Below are positions 18,056 through 28,878 of a stretch of 64,000 nucleotides of DNA, piece after piece. Under the pieces are notes generated by a model. That model saw nothing but the letters and a program-made list of their open reading frames with translations, ran no database searches and was not told the DNA's origin. The DNA comes from a virus. The DNA lies in the IMG/VR virus record IMGVR_UViG_3300042914_003763, positions 32,001-96,000 of that record; one strand, 5' to 3'. The translations under genes and the position numbers were made by a program. Each line of letters begins with the position of its first letter. The first letter of the stretch is position 1.

Positions 18056-21000
18056 ATGACTTATACAAGTTACGCTTCTGGGAGATCAACCTTACCAATA
18101 TCAGGTAACACTTTTGTAGTTACTAACAATGGTAACTTAGGTGTAACAGGAACTTATTATGTAGGACTAATAGCAGAGAATCGTGTTGGTTTATCACTAA
18201 CATCAACATTAACTGCTGTTACGTTAACTACAACAAGTAAATTAACTATTACATTACCTACAATATTAGCTGGTGAAGACTGGCAAAACATTATTATTGG
18301 TGCATCATTAACTAATGATGTTACTACTTTAACTCAAATAGCTAGTGTGAGTAAAGTAGATTTTTCTACCCCTCTTGTATTAACTACTAATCAAGTATTC
18401 AAATTAACGTTAGTTGAACGTACTGTAGCTAATCCTGCGGCATTACCTGTAACACCAGAACAAGGTTTATGTCGTTACATTACATCACTTAACTACTATT
18501 ACAAGTATGACAAGTATAGTGATAAGACTGTTGATAACCTTAATGTACTTAACGCTACAACTGGTAGATGGTTACGAATTGGATCAATAAGTACATATCA
18601 AAGTAACACTAGTTCAAGTGGTGGTTGTGATGTTGATGTAAGAACACCTAACTTAACTGTTGTTACTCCTAATTACTTGTGTGATGGTAGTACAGGAGAG
18701 GGTGTTTTATATTGGTTACGTAATGATGGAGATGATGACATTCCTAGTGGTACTAGAATTAGTTGTCTTATTAGATTAGGAGATGAAGATTACTCTCAAC
18801 GTTTCAGCGGAATGTTTGAGTTAGAAATAATGGGTTATGTTAACTTAACCAGTGCTGTTCTTGATATAACAGCGAGTAGTAATCCAATAACTTATGATCC
18901 TAAAGTTGAATGGTTAACATTAACTGAAGATTTACAACCTAATAATGCAGTAGTAATTAAAGTATCACCTCAATTTCGTGCCGAACAATTAAGTGGTGCA
19001 ATTCCATATAATGCTGCTATTAGTGCTTACTTACAGTTTTCACCAACTACAGGTATTTACACACCTGGAGTATTTGGTAACTTGATTTATCAAGATAGAA
19101 ATAAATGGCGCATTGTTCCTAATACTGGTTTATCACTATTACGATTAGCTGGTAGTGGTATTGTTGCTAAACAGGAACTTAATGCTCTTGGTGATTACAT
19201 TGTTACAGGACTTACTGCTAATACTGCTAACCAGAATATTTTTCTATCTAGTAACGGTACTGCTTTTGTTAATGCAGCTAATACATTAGATGGTGTTGCT
19301 AAACGTTGTAAGGTCAGTACAGTTAATGGCACTGGTATTGTAACTAGTTATGGTAATGTTAACTTAGATAACACTAAACAACTAACAGTAACAGTTAATT
19401 ATCCTACTGCAATAAGAAGTGATTATCCTGATACGTTAATAGCAGGATTAAATAAAGGTAAGTTTAATGCAAGTAAAGTTGTTATATATATTAAGAACAG
19501 TAGTAACCAGTATTTCAAAATAGAAAAAATTATAACTCCTAATGTAACAAGTGATAGTTGGACTGTTGATTATAGTGAGTTCTCAAGTGCGGCGTTACCA
19601 TCTGTAGATAATAACTTTGGATTGTACAAACCTACTTCAGTTACACCAACTACTACTACTGTTGCATCTACTTTTACAAGTGGTAGTTACGAAGTGTTAA
19701 TTGCGTTTGTTTATAGTGGAGTAGTTACAGTAATTGATCATAGTGTTAGCGAGTTGTATGAAATTACTGCTGATCTACAAACTATATTTGAAACAGTAGC
19801 TACAGTATGGTATAGCGATAATGGTATTCCAAGTAATTCATTAGGTGAAAACGGCGCATATTATCTTAACTATGATACTGCTAATATTTATAAGAAAGTT
19901 AATGATACTTGGGTGTTAGATGGTAATATTAGCGTTAGTACACCATCATTTGGAACTATTGCCGTTAGTGGTCAGAGTAATGTAGTAGCTGATAATAGTA
20001 ACGACACCTTAACTCTTGTAGCAGGAACAGGTATTACATTAACTACTAATGCAACAACTGATGCTATTACTATTACTGGAACTAGTGTTAGTAATACATT
20101 TAGCACTATTGTAGTAGCAGGACAATCTAACATAGTTGCTGATAGTGGAACTGATACATTAACTATTGAAGCTGGGAGTGGTATTACTTTAACTACTAAT
20201 GCAACTACAGATACATTGACTATCGCTAGTAATGTAGCTAACAATACTTTTTCTACCTTATCTGTACCAGGACAAAGTGATATAGTTGCCGATACTTCTT
20301 CTGATACTTTAACTATAGTTGCTGGTAGTGGTATTACTTTAACTACTAATCCTACAACCGATACGTTAACTATCACAGGTAGTAGTGTTAGTAATACGTT
20401 TAGTACAATTGCAGTTAGTGGTCAATCTAATGTAGTAGCTGACAGTGCTAATGATACTCTTACATTAGTTGCTGGTACAGGAATGACTATTACAACTGAT
20501 GCAACTAGTGATACTATTACGTTAGCTACTAGTGGAACTAGCGCAACTGTTAATGTTGGTACTGTAACTACACTTAACCCTAATCAATCTCCTACTGTAA
20601 CTAATACTGGAACTACAAGTGCTGCTGTATTAGCATTTGGATTACCATCTGCTCCAACTACATCTATTGGAACTGTTAGTACATTAAGTGCTGGATCTAG
20701 TGCTACAGTTACTAATACAGGAAGTAACGGTAATGTTGTACTTAACTTTGGTATTCCACAAGGAGCAACTGGAAATGTAAGTTCTACTCCTAATTTAACA
20801 TTAAGTGAAGTATCTGTAGCACCGGCGACTTTAACAAATGAATTAAAAGTTTTTAACAAGAATAATGCTTTATTTCTTAAATTAGAAAGTGATGGGGCTG
20901 AATCAGAAATAGCTCTTAAAAAATCAAGAAAAGATATTAGTATTATATCAAGTTCTTTATTTAATGCAGCCCATCAACAAACTACATTTACGGCTAGTCC

Positions 21001-21313
21001 TGGATTTATTTGTTATGGGATTGCTACAGATAAACCTGCTAGAATAAGATTGTATAATAATACAACTAAACAAGCCGCAGATGTTGGTAGGATTATTCCT
21101 TCTACATTACAAGCTGCTTTAGATTTTAATGCTAGTGGTGCTGGTTTATTGTTAGATGTTGTAACCACTGTGTCACTATTAACTATTCCTTTATCGCCAA
21201 TAGTTAATATTGCAACATTACCAAGTTCAACATCTATTCCAATTACAATAACCAATCTTTCTGGATCAACAGGAACAGTACAAGTAACTTTAACAATAAT
21301 GGAGATTGAATAA
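18056..21313 (+). CDS. Tail fibre/adhesin-like virion protein with tandem repeats
   Basis: Thr/Ser/Gly-rich 1085 aa; four 50-aa repeats; GTVTTL..TVTNTG..FGxP repeats. Confidence 0.75.
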   Translation: MTYTSYASGRSTLPISGNTFVVTNNGNLGVTGTYYVGLIAENRVGLSLTSTLTAVTLTTTSKLTITLPTILAGEDWQNIIIGASLTNDVTTLTQIASVSKVDFSTPLVLTTNQVFKLTLVERTVANPAALPVTPEQGLCRYITSLNYYYKYDKYSDKTVDNLNVLNATTGRWLRIGSISTYQSNTSSSGGCDVDVRTPNLTVVTPNYLCDGSTGEGVLYWLRNDGDDDIPSGTRISCLIRLGDEDYSQRFSGMFELEIMGYVNLTSAVLDITASSNPITYDPKVEWLTLTEDLQPNNAVVIKVSPQFRAEQLSGAIPYNAAISAYLQFSPTTGIYTPGVFGNLIYQDRNKWRIVPNTGLSLLRLAGSGIVAKQELNALGDYIVTGLTANTANQNIFLSSNGTAFVNAANTLDGVAKRCKVSTVNGTGIVTSYGNVNLDNTKQLTVTVNYPTAIRSDYPDTLIAGLNKGKFNASKVVIYIKNSSNQYFKIEKIITPNVTSDSWTVDYSEFSSAALPSVDNNFGLYKPTSVTPTTTTVASTFTSGSYEVLIAFVYSGVVTVIDHSVSELYEITADLQTIFETVATVWYSDNGIPSNSLGENGAYYLNYDTANIYKKVNDTWVLDGNISVSTPSFGTIAVSGQSNVVADNSNDTLTLVAGTGITLTTNATTDAITITGTSVSNTFSTIVVAGQSNIVADSGTDTLTIEAGSGITLTTNATTDTLTIASNVANNTFSTLSVPGQSDIVADTSSDTLTIVAGSGITLTTNPTTDTLTITGSSVSNTFSTIAVSGQSNVVADSANDTLTLVAGTGMTITTDATSDTITLATSGTSATVNVGTVTTLNPNQSPTVTNTGTTSAAVLAFGLPSAPTTSIGTVSTLSAGSSATVTNTGSNGNVVLNFGIPQGATGNVSSTPNLTLSEVSVAPATLTNELKVFNKNNALFLKLESDGAESEIALKKSRKDISIISSSLFNAAHQQTTFTASPGFICYGIATDKPARIRLYNNTTKQAADVGRIIPSTLQAALDFNASGAGLLLDVVTTVSLLTIPLSPIVNIATLPSSTSIPITITNLSGSTGTVQVTLTIMEIE
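19949..20540 (+). repeat. Four tandem 150-bp coding repeats
   Basis: FxTIxVxGQSxxVADxxxDTLTxxAGxG units start at 19949, 20099, 20249 and 20399. Confidence 0.9.
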
Positions 21314-22110
21314 TGCCTAATGCAGTAATTACATCAACTACATTCAGTGCCGATGGTACTCAAGCATCTATCATAAATCAACTTAATACAGCAATGTTAA
21401 CGGCTGGGTTTACTCAGATTGATAGTTTTGTGACGGCAGGTAACGAACAAAGGGTATGGCAATTTGATGCAGATCCTGCTGATACCTTATATGGTAAAAT
21501 GACAATTCACGGGGGTTTCAGTGCTACTACCACTTTACGAGTAAGAGGATATTCTTCATATACACCTGCCACAGATTCAGGACTGAATGAAAGCACTACA
21601 TCATCAACAGGTGCAGCAGCTTTAACTTCAACCTACACTTTGTACATCTGCAATCATCCCGAAGTAAGAGGTGTAATCATGATGGAAGGTTCAACATTCA
21701 GGAAGTTTTTTGGTTATATGCGACCATCGGTTAAACCACCTGCTTGGGGTGATTTTACTTATGGTTTTATGGATTCAGGTACAAACCCTTATGTTTCTTC
21801 ATCTCTACAGACAATATCATCTTTAAGACCTGCTACGGTTAGTGTTTCAATTGGTACTGTCGGATATATTAACAATACTACACCAAACATAGAAATATGG
21901 AATGGGAGACCTTTTATAACCAACTGCTTGCTATCGGACATCACAAATACAAAACCTATCGCTTTTTTTAGCAATGATATTATCTCTGTAGGTATGTCAG
22001 GAATGAATATTTTAAATGAATTTTTTAATCCTATAACTAACTCTACCTATACTATCTTTGATAATCCAGGAGCTTCATCCAGAATGGCAATAAAAACAGC
22101 AGGAGCGTAA
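21313..22110 (+). CDS. Putative tail fibre-associated/receptor-binding protein
   Basis: TAATG coupling to the fibre gene; beta-rich. Confidence 0.55.
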   Translation: MPNAVITSTTFSADGTQASIINQLNTAMLTAGFTQIDSFVTAGNEQRVWQFDADPADTLYGKMTIHGGFSATTTLRVRGYSSYTPATDSGLNESTTSSTGAAALTSTYTLYICNHPEVRGVIMMEGSTFRKFFGYMRPSVKPPAWGDFTYGFMDSGTNPYVSSSLQTISSLRPATVSVSIGTVGYINNTTPNIEIWNGRPFITNCLLSDITNTKPIAFFSNDIISVGMSGMNILNEFFNPITNSTYTIFDNPGASSRMAIKTAGA

Positions 22111-22111
22111 T

Positions 22112-22309
22112 ATGGAAGGTTTGTTTTATCTAAATTCTTATGTTGTAGGTGTTATAAGAAGAACAGCAAATCCATTCTTGAATACATATACGTCAGCAAT
22201 TAGAAAACAGACAGGAACTTTTTCATTAATAGGTACGGGAGGTGGTGAATCTACATCTGTAACTGTACCAACTACAGGGCAAATTTATCCACGAACGATA
22301 AATATTTAA
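22112..22309 (+). CDS. Small virion-associated protein
   Basis: Coupled ORF ending PTTGQIYPR; followed by terminator. Confidence 0.5.
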   Translation: MEGLFYLNSYVVGVIRRTANPFLNTYTSAIRKQTGTFSLIGTGGGESTSVTVPTTGQIYPRTINI

Positions 22310-22317
22310 TGAGTGTC

Positions 22318-22341
22318 AGTGGGTGAAATTCCCACTTTTTA
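22318..22341 (+). terminator. Rho-independent terminator
   Basis: AGTGGG-TGAAATT-CCCACT-TTTT. Confidence 0.7.
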
Positions 22342-22345
22342 ATAT

Positions 22346-23998
22346 ATGAACGAACGTAAACTAATAGATGAAATTAAGCTATCACTTCAACAAGAAGTTA
22401 TTGCTGGTTATTGGAATGGTAAAGTATTTGTTAGTGATGACAAGAAAACATATACTAACATTATTTCTAACTCTCAACCTATTGGAGTAGGTTTCATAGT
22501 ACCTTATGAGGGTAGATGGTTACTTGTTGTTGGTAATAGTAATAGTGAAGGTAGAAAAAATATTATTAATAGTAAGAGAAGTAGACGTAAACCTTTGATA
22601 GAGGAATTAGTCTATCCTGTTATTACTTTATTTAATATTGATCAAACTTTTGAAAACTCATTTGAAAAAGAAACTAGATGGGTATATTTAGGTGGGAATA
22701 AACCAAGTAATAGATTAGCAGTTAGAAATGGAGAGGATGTGGAGTTTATAAATATTCCTTTTGAGATAGAGGGAGAAGTTACAACAGCAATAAGAGGTTT
22801 TATATCAAGTAAAGATATTTATTTTAAATATAATGTTGGAATGCTAATCACTTTTTTATCAATTATAAATAAACAGAAAATAATGACAACAATAGAATTA
22901 ACTGGAGGTACAGATGTAGGAATGTGTGAGATATATAAAGGTGACGGGTTATGGGAATCAAGTCAATTTATCTCACGAAATCAAATGCACCCCGTCACAG
23001 TAAATGGAGAATTTTTAACATTTTCTCGTTCAGAACAAAATGGATCTGTTTACGCAACTTGGAACGGTAACTTTTCTTGGGAAAGAACAAGTCCATCTCC
23101 ATTGTTTCCCAACCAATTTCCACCATCCTATACAGATACAGTTATTGCGTCCTTACCTGTTTTGAACTTTAAAGAGGATTACTTTTTACAAGATTTAAGT
23201 TTCGTGATAGAGGCTGAGGGCGGCATTCCTTTGAACAATAAAATATATACAGAGGAGACAAACAACATCACTTTAGTTAACAAAAAAACTGGAGCATCAC
23301 GAGCTATTAACTCTGATGATTATATTCGTATAGCTAGTTATTTTACTGATGAAATAACAGATACAAGTGGTGTAATTACCGCTTTATCGAGATATCTGCC
23401 AAATTTGCAACCTGAATACATGATAGGTATGCCAATACTTTTTTATTATGATGATCATTTACATTATGGATTCATAGAAAATGCTGTTATAGTAACTGGA
23501 TTTTCATCCAATGGACGGGAATTTGTAGATCAAGGATTGAGAGTAACAATGTCATTTACTAAAAAAGTAAAACGTCCTTGTAGCTTCATTGGATTAATAG
23601 GACACAATGGTTCTTTCTTCAATTATTTCTATAAAAATAGCCCAGGGTTTATAAGATTAAGACCAGATTTTATAGGTTTTGATAATATAGAAGTTTTTTG
23701 TGGCCAATACGAAAAATTTACAAACATAAATGATAGTCACTTACTTCATTTAGATTGTACTAGGATAGTACATTTAGATACATTAAAAGGTAATAAAATC
23801 TATTCAGTTATATCACCTAGAAAAGATTTAGAAGGAAAAATATTAGGAGAGTTAAAGGATACTGTCTACATAGAAGTCTGGAAGATAACAGAAGACGGTA
23901 AAATACTGTATTCTGACTTGATAACAGCTAATTATAACAACCTCAAAGAATCTCGATTTGATTTTAAAAATATTTATGCACACAATTATGTGTTGTAA
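22346..23998 (+). CDS. Hypothetical protein, possibly variable host-recognition virion protein
   Basis: 550 aa; aromatic-rich body whose codon usage looks different from neighbours. Confidence 0.55.
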   Translation: MNERKLIDEIKLSLQQEVIAGYWNGKVFVSDDKKTYTNIISNSQPIGVGFIVPYEGRWLLVVGNSNSEGRKNIINSKRSRRKPLIEELVYPVITLFNIDQTFENSFEKETRWVYLGGNKPSNRLAVRNGEDVEFINIPFEIEGEVTTAIRGFISSKDIYFKYNVGMLITFLSIINKQKIMTTIELTGGTDVGMCEIYKGDGLWESSQFISRNQMHPVTVNGEFLTFSRSEQNGSVYATWNGNFSWERTSPSPLFPNQFPPSYTDTVIASLPVLNFKEDYFLQDLSFVIEAEGGIPLNNKIYTEETNNITLVNKKTGASRAINSDDYIRIASYFTDEITDTSGVITALSRYLPNLQPEYMIGMPILFYYDDHLHYGFIENAVIVTGFSSNGREFVDQGLRVTMSFTKKVKRPCSFIGLIGHNGSFFNYFYKNSPGFIRLRPDFIGFDNIEVFCGQYEKFTNINDSHLLHLDCTRIVHLDTLKGNKIYSVISPRKDLEGKILGELKDTVYIEVWKITEDGKILYSDLITANYNNLKESRFDFKNIYAHNYVL

Positions 23999-24083
23999 TA
24001 ATAACATTATTAATTTTGTGTCATATGATTACAGTTATCATCCTGCATAATAGTAATAGATAACATATTAAATTAATGTAACT

Positions 24084-25439
24084 GTGAATAACTTATTTCT
24101 AACTTCCAAGATTACAGCATTAACAACAGGAGTAGTACAAACTTTAAGCAATCCTAATAAACATACAATAAAAGAATATAAGGAAACATTACGTAATCCT
24201 TGGTTACGTGCTTGCATTAGAATGAAAGGTCAACGTGCTGCTAACTCAATAGGAGAATACCAATTTAAGAATAAAGAGATAGAAAAATGGGTTAAAAATA
24301 ACATTAACAACGTACATGGTAACTTACGTGAATTAGTTGGTGTGTTAGCTAGTGGTGCTAGTGCATTTGGACATATGGCAGTTGAAACAGCTAAGGAACG
24401 TAAGTACGGTAATAAGTTCCGTAAAATTGAATGGCACTTAGGTGGATTTAACGTATTAGATCCTGAACGAGTACATTATGCAGGTAACTATGGCGCAATT
24501 AGTTATGTTAAATATCAAGATGCTGTTAGAGAATTATATATACCTTATGAAAAATGTCTTCATATTACTAACTCAGGAACATTAGACTTTAATAATGGTA
24601 GTGTTTATGGCGATCCAGATTGTGAAGTAGCTTTTCCTTACGTTAAGTTGTATAACATTATAATGTCTGAAATGGCTATTAGTGCTAAGACATTAGCTAC
24701 TGGTATTATTGTTGGATTAGCAGATGGAGATAATACAGTTTACTTGTATGACAATAACGGTGATCCGTTACGTGATAGTAATAACAACTTAATCAAACGT
24801 AATGCAGTACAACATCTAGCTGATCAACTAAAACAACTAGAAAATAGAAGTCATATTGTTACGGATAAGAAAAATAGTGTTGTACCATTACAAATACCAG
24901 CAGGTGAACAGTTCTGGACAATTAGCGAGAATATGTTGAAACGTAATATATTTGCTAGTTGCGGTGTTCCAGTAATGGTATTTGATGAAGGTAGTAGTGC
25001 AATAGCTACTGCAACATTAAGTGTGAAACAAGAAACAACTCTTGATACCACTATTGCTGATATAGTGGCGCAAATTAAGGATCAATTGATAGAAAAAGTT
25101 ATACGTCCGTTGATTGTTGCTAATTTTGGTAAGCAATCCGACTATGGCGATTTCGTAGTTCAAGCAAGCGCAGATCCAGCACAAGACAGCTTAATAACCA
25201 GCAACTTGATGACAGCATTCAGTCTTGGATTGTTACAATCAAGTGATATTGATGCAGTTAACGCATTACGTGAAAGGTTGAAACTACCACCTGTAACACC
25301 CGAACAACAGCAACAACAAGCACAAATGACAGCTATGTTACAACAATTGCAACAACCTGCTGCACCTGAAGCTGACCCTAATAGTCAACCTCAAGAACAA
25401 CAGGATGAAAGTTATGATCAGCAATATCTAGCAGCGTAA
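24084..25439 (+). CDS. Portal protein (Mu gp29/DUF935-like)
   Basis: AFGHMAVE, YGDP, QLIEKVIRPLIVANFG and LRERLKLPP motifs; Q-rich tail. Confidence 0.8.
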   Translation: MNNLFLTSKITALTTGVVQTLSNPNKHTIKEYKETLRNPWLRACIRMKGQRAANSIGEYQFKNKEIEKWVKNNINNVHGNLRELVGVLASGASAFGHMAVETAKERKYGNKFRKIEWHLGGFNVLDPERVHYAGNYGAISYVKYQDAVRELYIPYEKCLHITNSGTLDFNNGSVYGDPDCEVAFPYVKLYNIIMSEMAISAKTLATGIIVGLADGDNTVYLYDNNGDPLRDSNNNLIKRNAVQHLADQLKQLENRSHIVTDKKNSVVPLQIPAGEQFWTISENMLKRNIFASCGVPVMVFDEGSSAIATATLSVKQETTLDTTIADIVAQIKDQLIEKVIRPLIVANFGKQSDYGDFVVQASADPAQDSLITSNLMTAFSLGLLQSSDIDAVNALRERLKLPPVTPEQQQQQAQMTAMLQQLQQPAAPEADPNSQPQEQQDESYDQQYLAA

Positions 25440-25555
25440 TCAAGAGATAGAGAAAATAAGGTGCATTTAGAGGATGCTGCTATTTAATCATTATTTGTAA
25501 TTGCTTATCATAACTACTCCCGTATTGTTTCTTTACATTCTTGTAACCAGATGTT

Positions 25556-26974
25556 TTAATCTTCATCTGTGTATTCTATTTCGACATTTTCTTCAGAATT
25601 ATGTTCTTGTAACTCGATGTAACTTGTTACACTATTATTTTCCAAATTAAATTCAATTACTTCAAGTAAGTCTTTTTTGTGATAGATAAAGCAACCATGA
25701 TTCTCTGTGTAAATAATAATCCACTCATCATCAACTTCACTAACAAACGATCTGACCCAACAACCTCTACTACCATCAACGTGCATCCAATGTACTTGAT
25801 TAGTAAAGTCATCATAAGTTAAATTACTTTCCTTATGCCTTGCAAAATCCGTAACGTCTAAATAACTCATCATAAATACTTTTTCACTCCTAACTTACCT
25901 TCTTTTCCATGACCATTACTAACGTTATATAACTGATAAACCTTATTATCATTACGATAAATACCACAACGTTCGTATTTAATTAACAAATCATCTAACG
26001 CAACAAATAGATAACTTACATCACCTTCATACAATGTGTATTCTTGGTTGAATACGTCATCTAAAACTTCACTAACAGTTGTTACAATCATAGTTTTTAT
26101 AATAGATAGAAAAATAATGGTGCGGCGTTCAATCTAATTCGCCGCTTACTTGTGAATTACTTAACTACTTTAATGCTGTTATCTTTCAACAACAACATTA
26201 CTTCATCTAACTTACTTTTTTCTACCTCTATTAAGATAGTTGTAGTTGTTTGTTTTTTCTTCCATAACTTAAACGCTGATTCAAACTCAATTCTAAAATT
26301 AACAGCATCATTAACAAAGTAACCTAACTCTGTTAATTCGTATTCTTCATCGTCATTAAGTACCCATATATTAGGATACTTATCACAATCCCATAATATA
26401 TCTGCTGGTAATTCAAATGTATCGTCATTCCAAAACTGTTTAATTTCACTACCTAATACTTTCATAACTAATCTCCTAATTTAATTAATGTATCTCTAAT
26501 CGTAATTAGTCTTCTTGTGGTGTCGGTACAAATTTATAATTTAACTTCAATAAATTTTGCATAGTAGCATAACCAGGACTACCATTATGTTCTTTGTAAT
26601 CGGGTATTGCTAATGAATGTTCGTTATATCTAACACCATTAGCACCTGTTTCAGTAACATCAACATACAATATTAAGTTACCACTACTTTCACGTCTCCA
26701 TTGCATTAATTTACTGTGGGACATAATACACTCCTACAATTACGTTATTGTTATACATATTGTCATAAGTTAAGTTAGTAACTTGTAGTTGTAATTCTTG
26801 ATTAGCAATTGAAAGATTAGTTGCTAACTTAACAAAGTGTTTAGCTAGATTAGCTAATTCTTCCTTACTACACTTACCACTGTCAATATGATCAAGTAAC
26901 TTAACTTCATTAATCTTTGTTTGTAACTTTGACTTAGCTAAGATATCATCCATGATTAGTAACTCCTTGTTCAA
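25556..26974 (-). other. Run of five small hypothetical ORFs (25556-25873, 25870-26091, 26157-26465, 26506-26724, 26711-26974)
   Basis: Co-oriented, overlapping or closely spaced ORFs. Confidence 0.6.
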
Positions 26975-27425
26975 TTAGATAACACATTCCTATAGCAGCA
27001 CTATCACTACTATGATCAGATAGAAAAATAGACTTATCAACTTTAAAATAATTAGCAGCGTTACTAGCTACTAATTCTTTATCAGCTTTACCATCTCCTG
27101 TTACTTGTTTCTTTATATGAGTAGCACTATATGAAATTATAGTAGCACCAACTTTAGCAGCATTAAGTTTAATAACACCTAATGCTTGACTAATGTTAGT
27201 ACCATTAACACCTCTACCAATGAAACAAGGTTCTTCATACACAAATACTTCAGGTTTGTACTTATTAAATAACTCGCCGTACTTGTTATCTATATTAAGT
27301 AACTTATCCTGAAGTAATTTGTGTTTACTAACTACATCACCTACTTCTAATATAGTTAAGGTTGTTGTGTCAATAACACAGTAACTATTATTTATAACAC
27401 CACAATCAGTTCCGATTAATATCAT
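26946..27425 (-). CDS. ruvC: RuvC-like Holliday junction resolvase
   Basis: IGTDCG, YEEP, IKKQVTGDGKADK and DHSSDSAAIG motifs. Confidence 0.9.
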   Translation of the reverse strand: MILIGTDCGVINNSYCVIDTTTLTILEVGDVVSKHKLLQDKLLNIDNKYGELFNKYKPEVFVYEEPCFIGRGVNGTNISQALGVIKLNAAKVGATIISYSATHIKKQVTGDGKADKELVASNAANYFKVDKSIFLSDHSSDSAAIGMCYLIEQGVTNHG

Positions 27426-27576
27426 AATGATATTACAATAAGGTAATTGTTAATATCATAACAATATTAATCAATCAATCTTCTAACGCTCATTGTAATA
27501 CTTTATTAAATTACTCTACTTTATCAATAGTTCCATTAAGTGCGGCGATCAACTCTTCTACTGTTATTAGTTTCAT

Positions 27577-28071
27577 TTATTTTCTCCTCACATAGTCAAC
27601 ATAACTGTAACCATCATTCATTACTGTTTTTTCTATCTCCCATTCGCTATTCACGAATCGAAAATAAGTATCAGCATCGGGAAAATCTTGAAAAATATGA
27701 GTAATATACATCTTCTCCACATGAGGTAGAAAAATATTGTATATCTGTGAACCACCAATTACAAACACATCTTTCTTGAAACTTTTAGCAAGTTGTAATG
27801 CAGTAGCAGGATTATTAACATAGTACAACTTACCAAAGTCATCAGTGCTAACATCGTAGTTCAAAGCTGATGATGTGAGTACGATATTGATACGATTAGC
27901 GAGTCTCTGACCACCCAAATCGCCATCAAAAGTTCTTTTACCTACAATGACAACGGTATCAGTTGTAAGCTGCTTGAATCGTCTCTTATCGTCTCTATTG
28001 TTCCACACCAAACCACCATTAGCACCAAGTTCACCGTTATGTCCAATTGCTGCTATTAAGTTAATCGTCAT
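27577..28071 (-). CDS. folA: Dihydrofolate reductase
   Basis: LIAA..NG.LG, D..RFKQLT, GKRTF, L.NR.NIVLT, VIGGSQIY, ADTYF. Confidence 0.93.
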   Translation of the reverse strand: MTINLIAAIGHNGELGANGGLVWNNRDDKRRFKQLTTDTVVIVGKRTFDGDLGGQRLANRINIVLTSSALNYDVSTDDFGKLYYVNNPATALQLAKSFKKDVFVIGGSQIYNIFLPHVEKMYITHIFQDFPDADTYFRFVNSEWEIEKTVMNDGYSYVDYVRRK

Positions 28072-28345
28072 TTTCTTTTTCTACCTCATACATATCAAAT
28101 AAACTTTTTACGTAAAGTAAACCACGTAAATAACCTTCAGTTTCTACAGCATTAATTGTTAGATGATGATCGTTCTTTAGTTCATCAATTAAACGTCTAG
28201 TGTTTTCAATTTCACAATATAATTCTCCATTAACATCTTCGTAGATATCACCTTGTCTAATTAGACTCGCTGTTTTATTTCTAACTAATTGATCAACTTT
28301 CTTATTGATATAAGATTCTAATTCTTGTAGTAAGTTATCTTTCAT
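28061..28345 (-). CDS. Hypothetical protein
   Basis: ORF with GAGG ribosome-binding site. Confidence 0.55.
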   Translation of the reverse strand: MKDNLLQELESYINKKVDQLVRNKTASLIRQGDIYEDVNGELYCEIENTRRLIDELKNDHHLTINAVETEGYLRGLLYVKSLFDMYEVEKENDD

Positions 28346-28347
28346 AA

Positions 28348-28561
28348 TTAACCTCTTCTAATATAATCACGCCAAGATTCATCATTAAACTTTAAGTCAA
28401 CTCGTAATTGTTTAACTTGTAGTTCTAAGTTGTTAATTCTATTATCTTTTGCTTCAATTCTATTAACAAAGTATTCATACATGATTAACAACAGTTTCTT
28501 TTCTTGTTCTGTTAATTCAACATTAATACGTTCTTTAAGCCAACGTTGAAAGTTTTTTCAT
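28348..28561 (-). pseudogene. Small gene interrupted by a frameshift in an A6 run
   Basis: ATG AAAAAA C; removing one A gives MKNFQRWLKERINVELTEQEKKLL...RDYIRRG*. Confidence 0.5.
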
Positions 28562-28578
28562 GTCTGATGTTCACTACT

Positions 28579-28878
28579 TTACCAAGTTAATCCTAAGTTA
28601 TCAGCATTACCTCTACAAGTAAAGTTAGGATTATTATGACAAATCCAACTCTTACTAACTTGTAGTTGTAGTTCTGGTGATTGTTGTTTTAAAGCTTCAC
28701 TACATTCAATATAAAGTTTACAAGTTACTGCACAATCTGAACATGACTTTGGTAGTAGTGGTAGTTCTCTATTATCATAATTTAACATCCTCATAAAGTA
28801 TTCTTCATTGTATTCAGTTTTTGGAGTGATATTACATTTAATTTTTTTCATTTTTCTATCTCTTAATTCTATAAACAA
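28579..28878 (-). CDS. Cys-rich hypothetical protein
   Basis: CxDC ... CH ... CRG; probable start at MKKIKC. Confidence 0.5.
   Translation of the reverse strand: MFIELRDRKMKKIKCNITPKTEYNEEYFMRMLNYDNRELPLLPKSCSDCAVTCKLYIECSEALKQQSPELQLQVSKSWICHNNPNFTCRGNADNLGLTW

Noticed and set aside
19972-21974. Minus-strand ORFs inside the fibre genes
   Set aside because: Antisense to Thr-rich repeats, which lack stop codons on the reverse strand.
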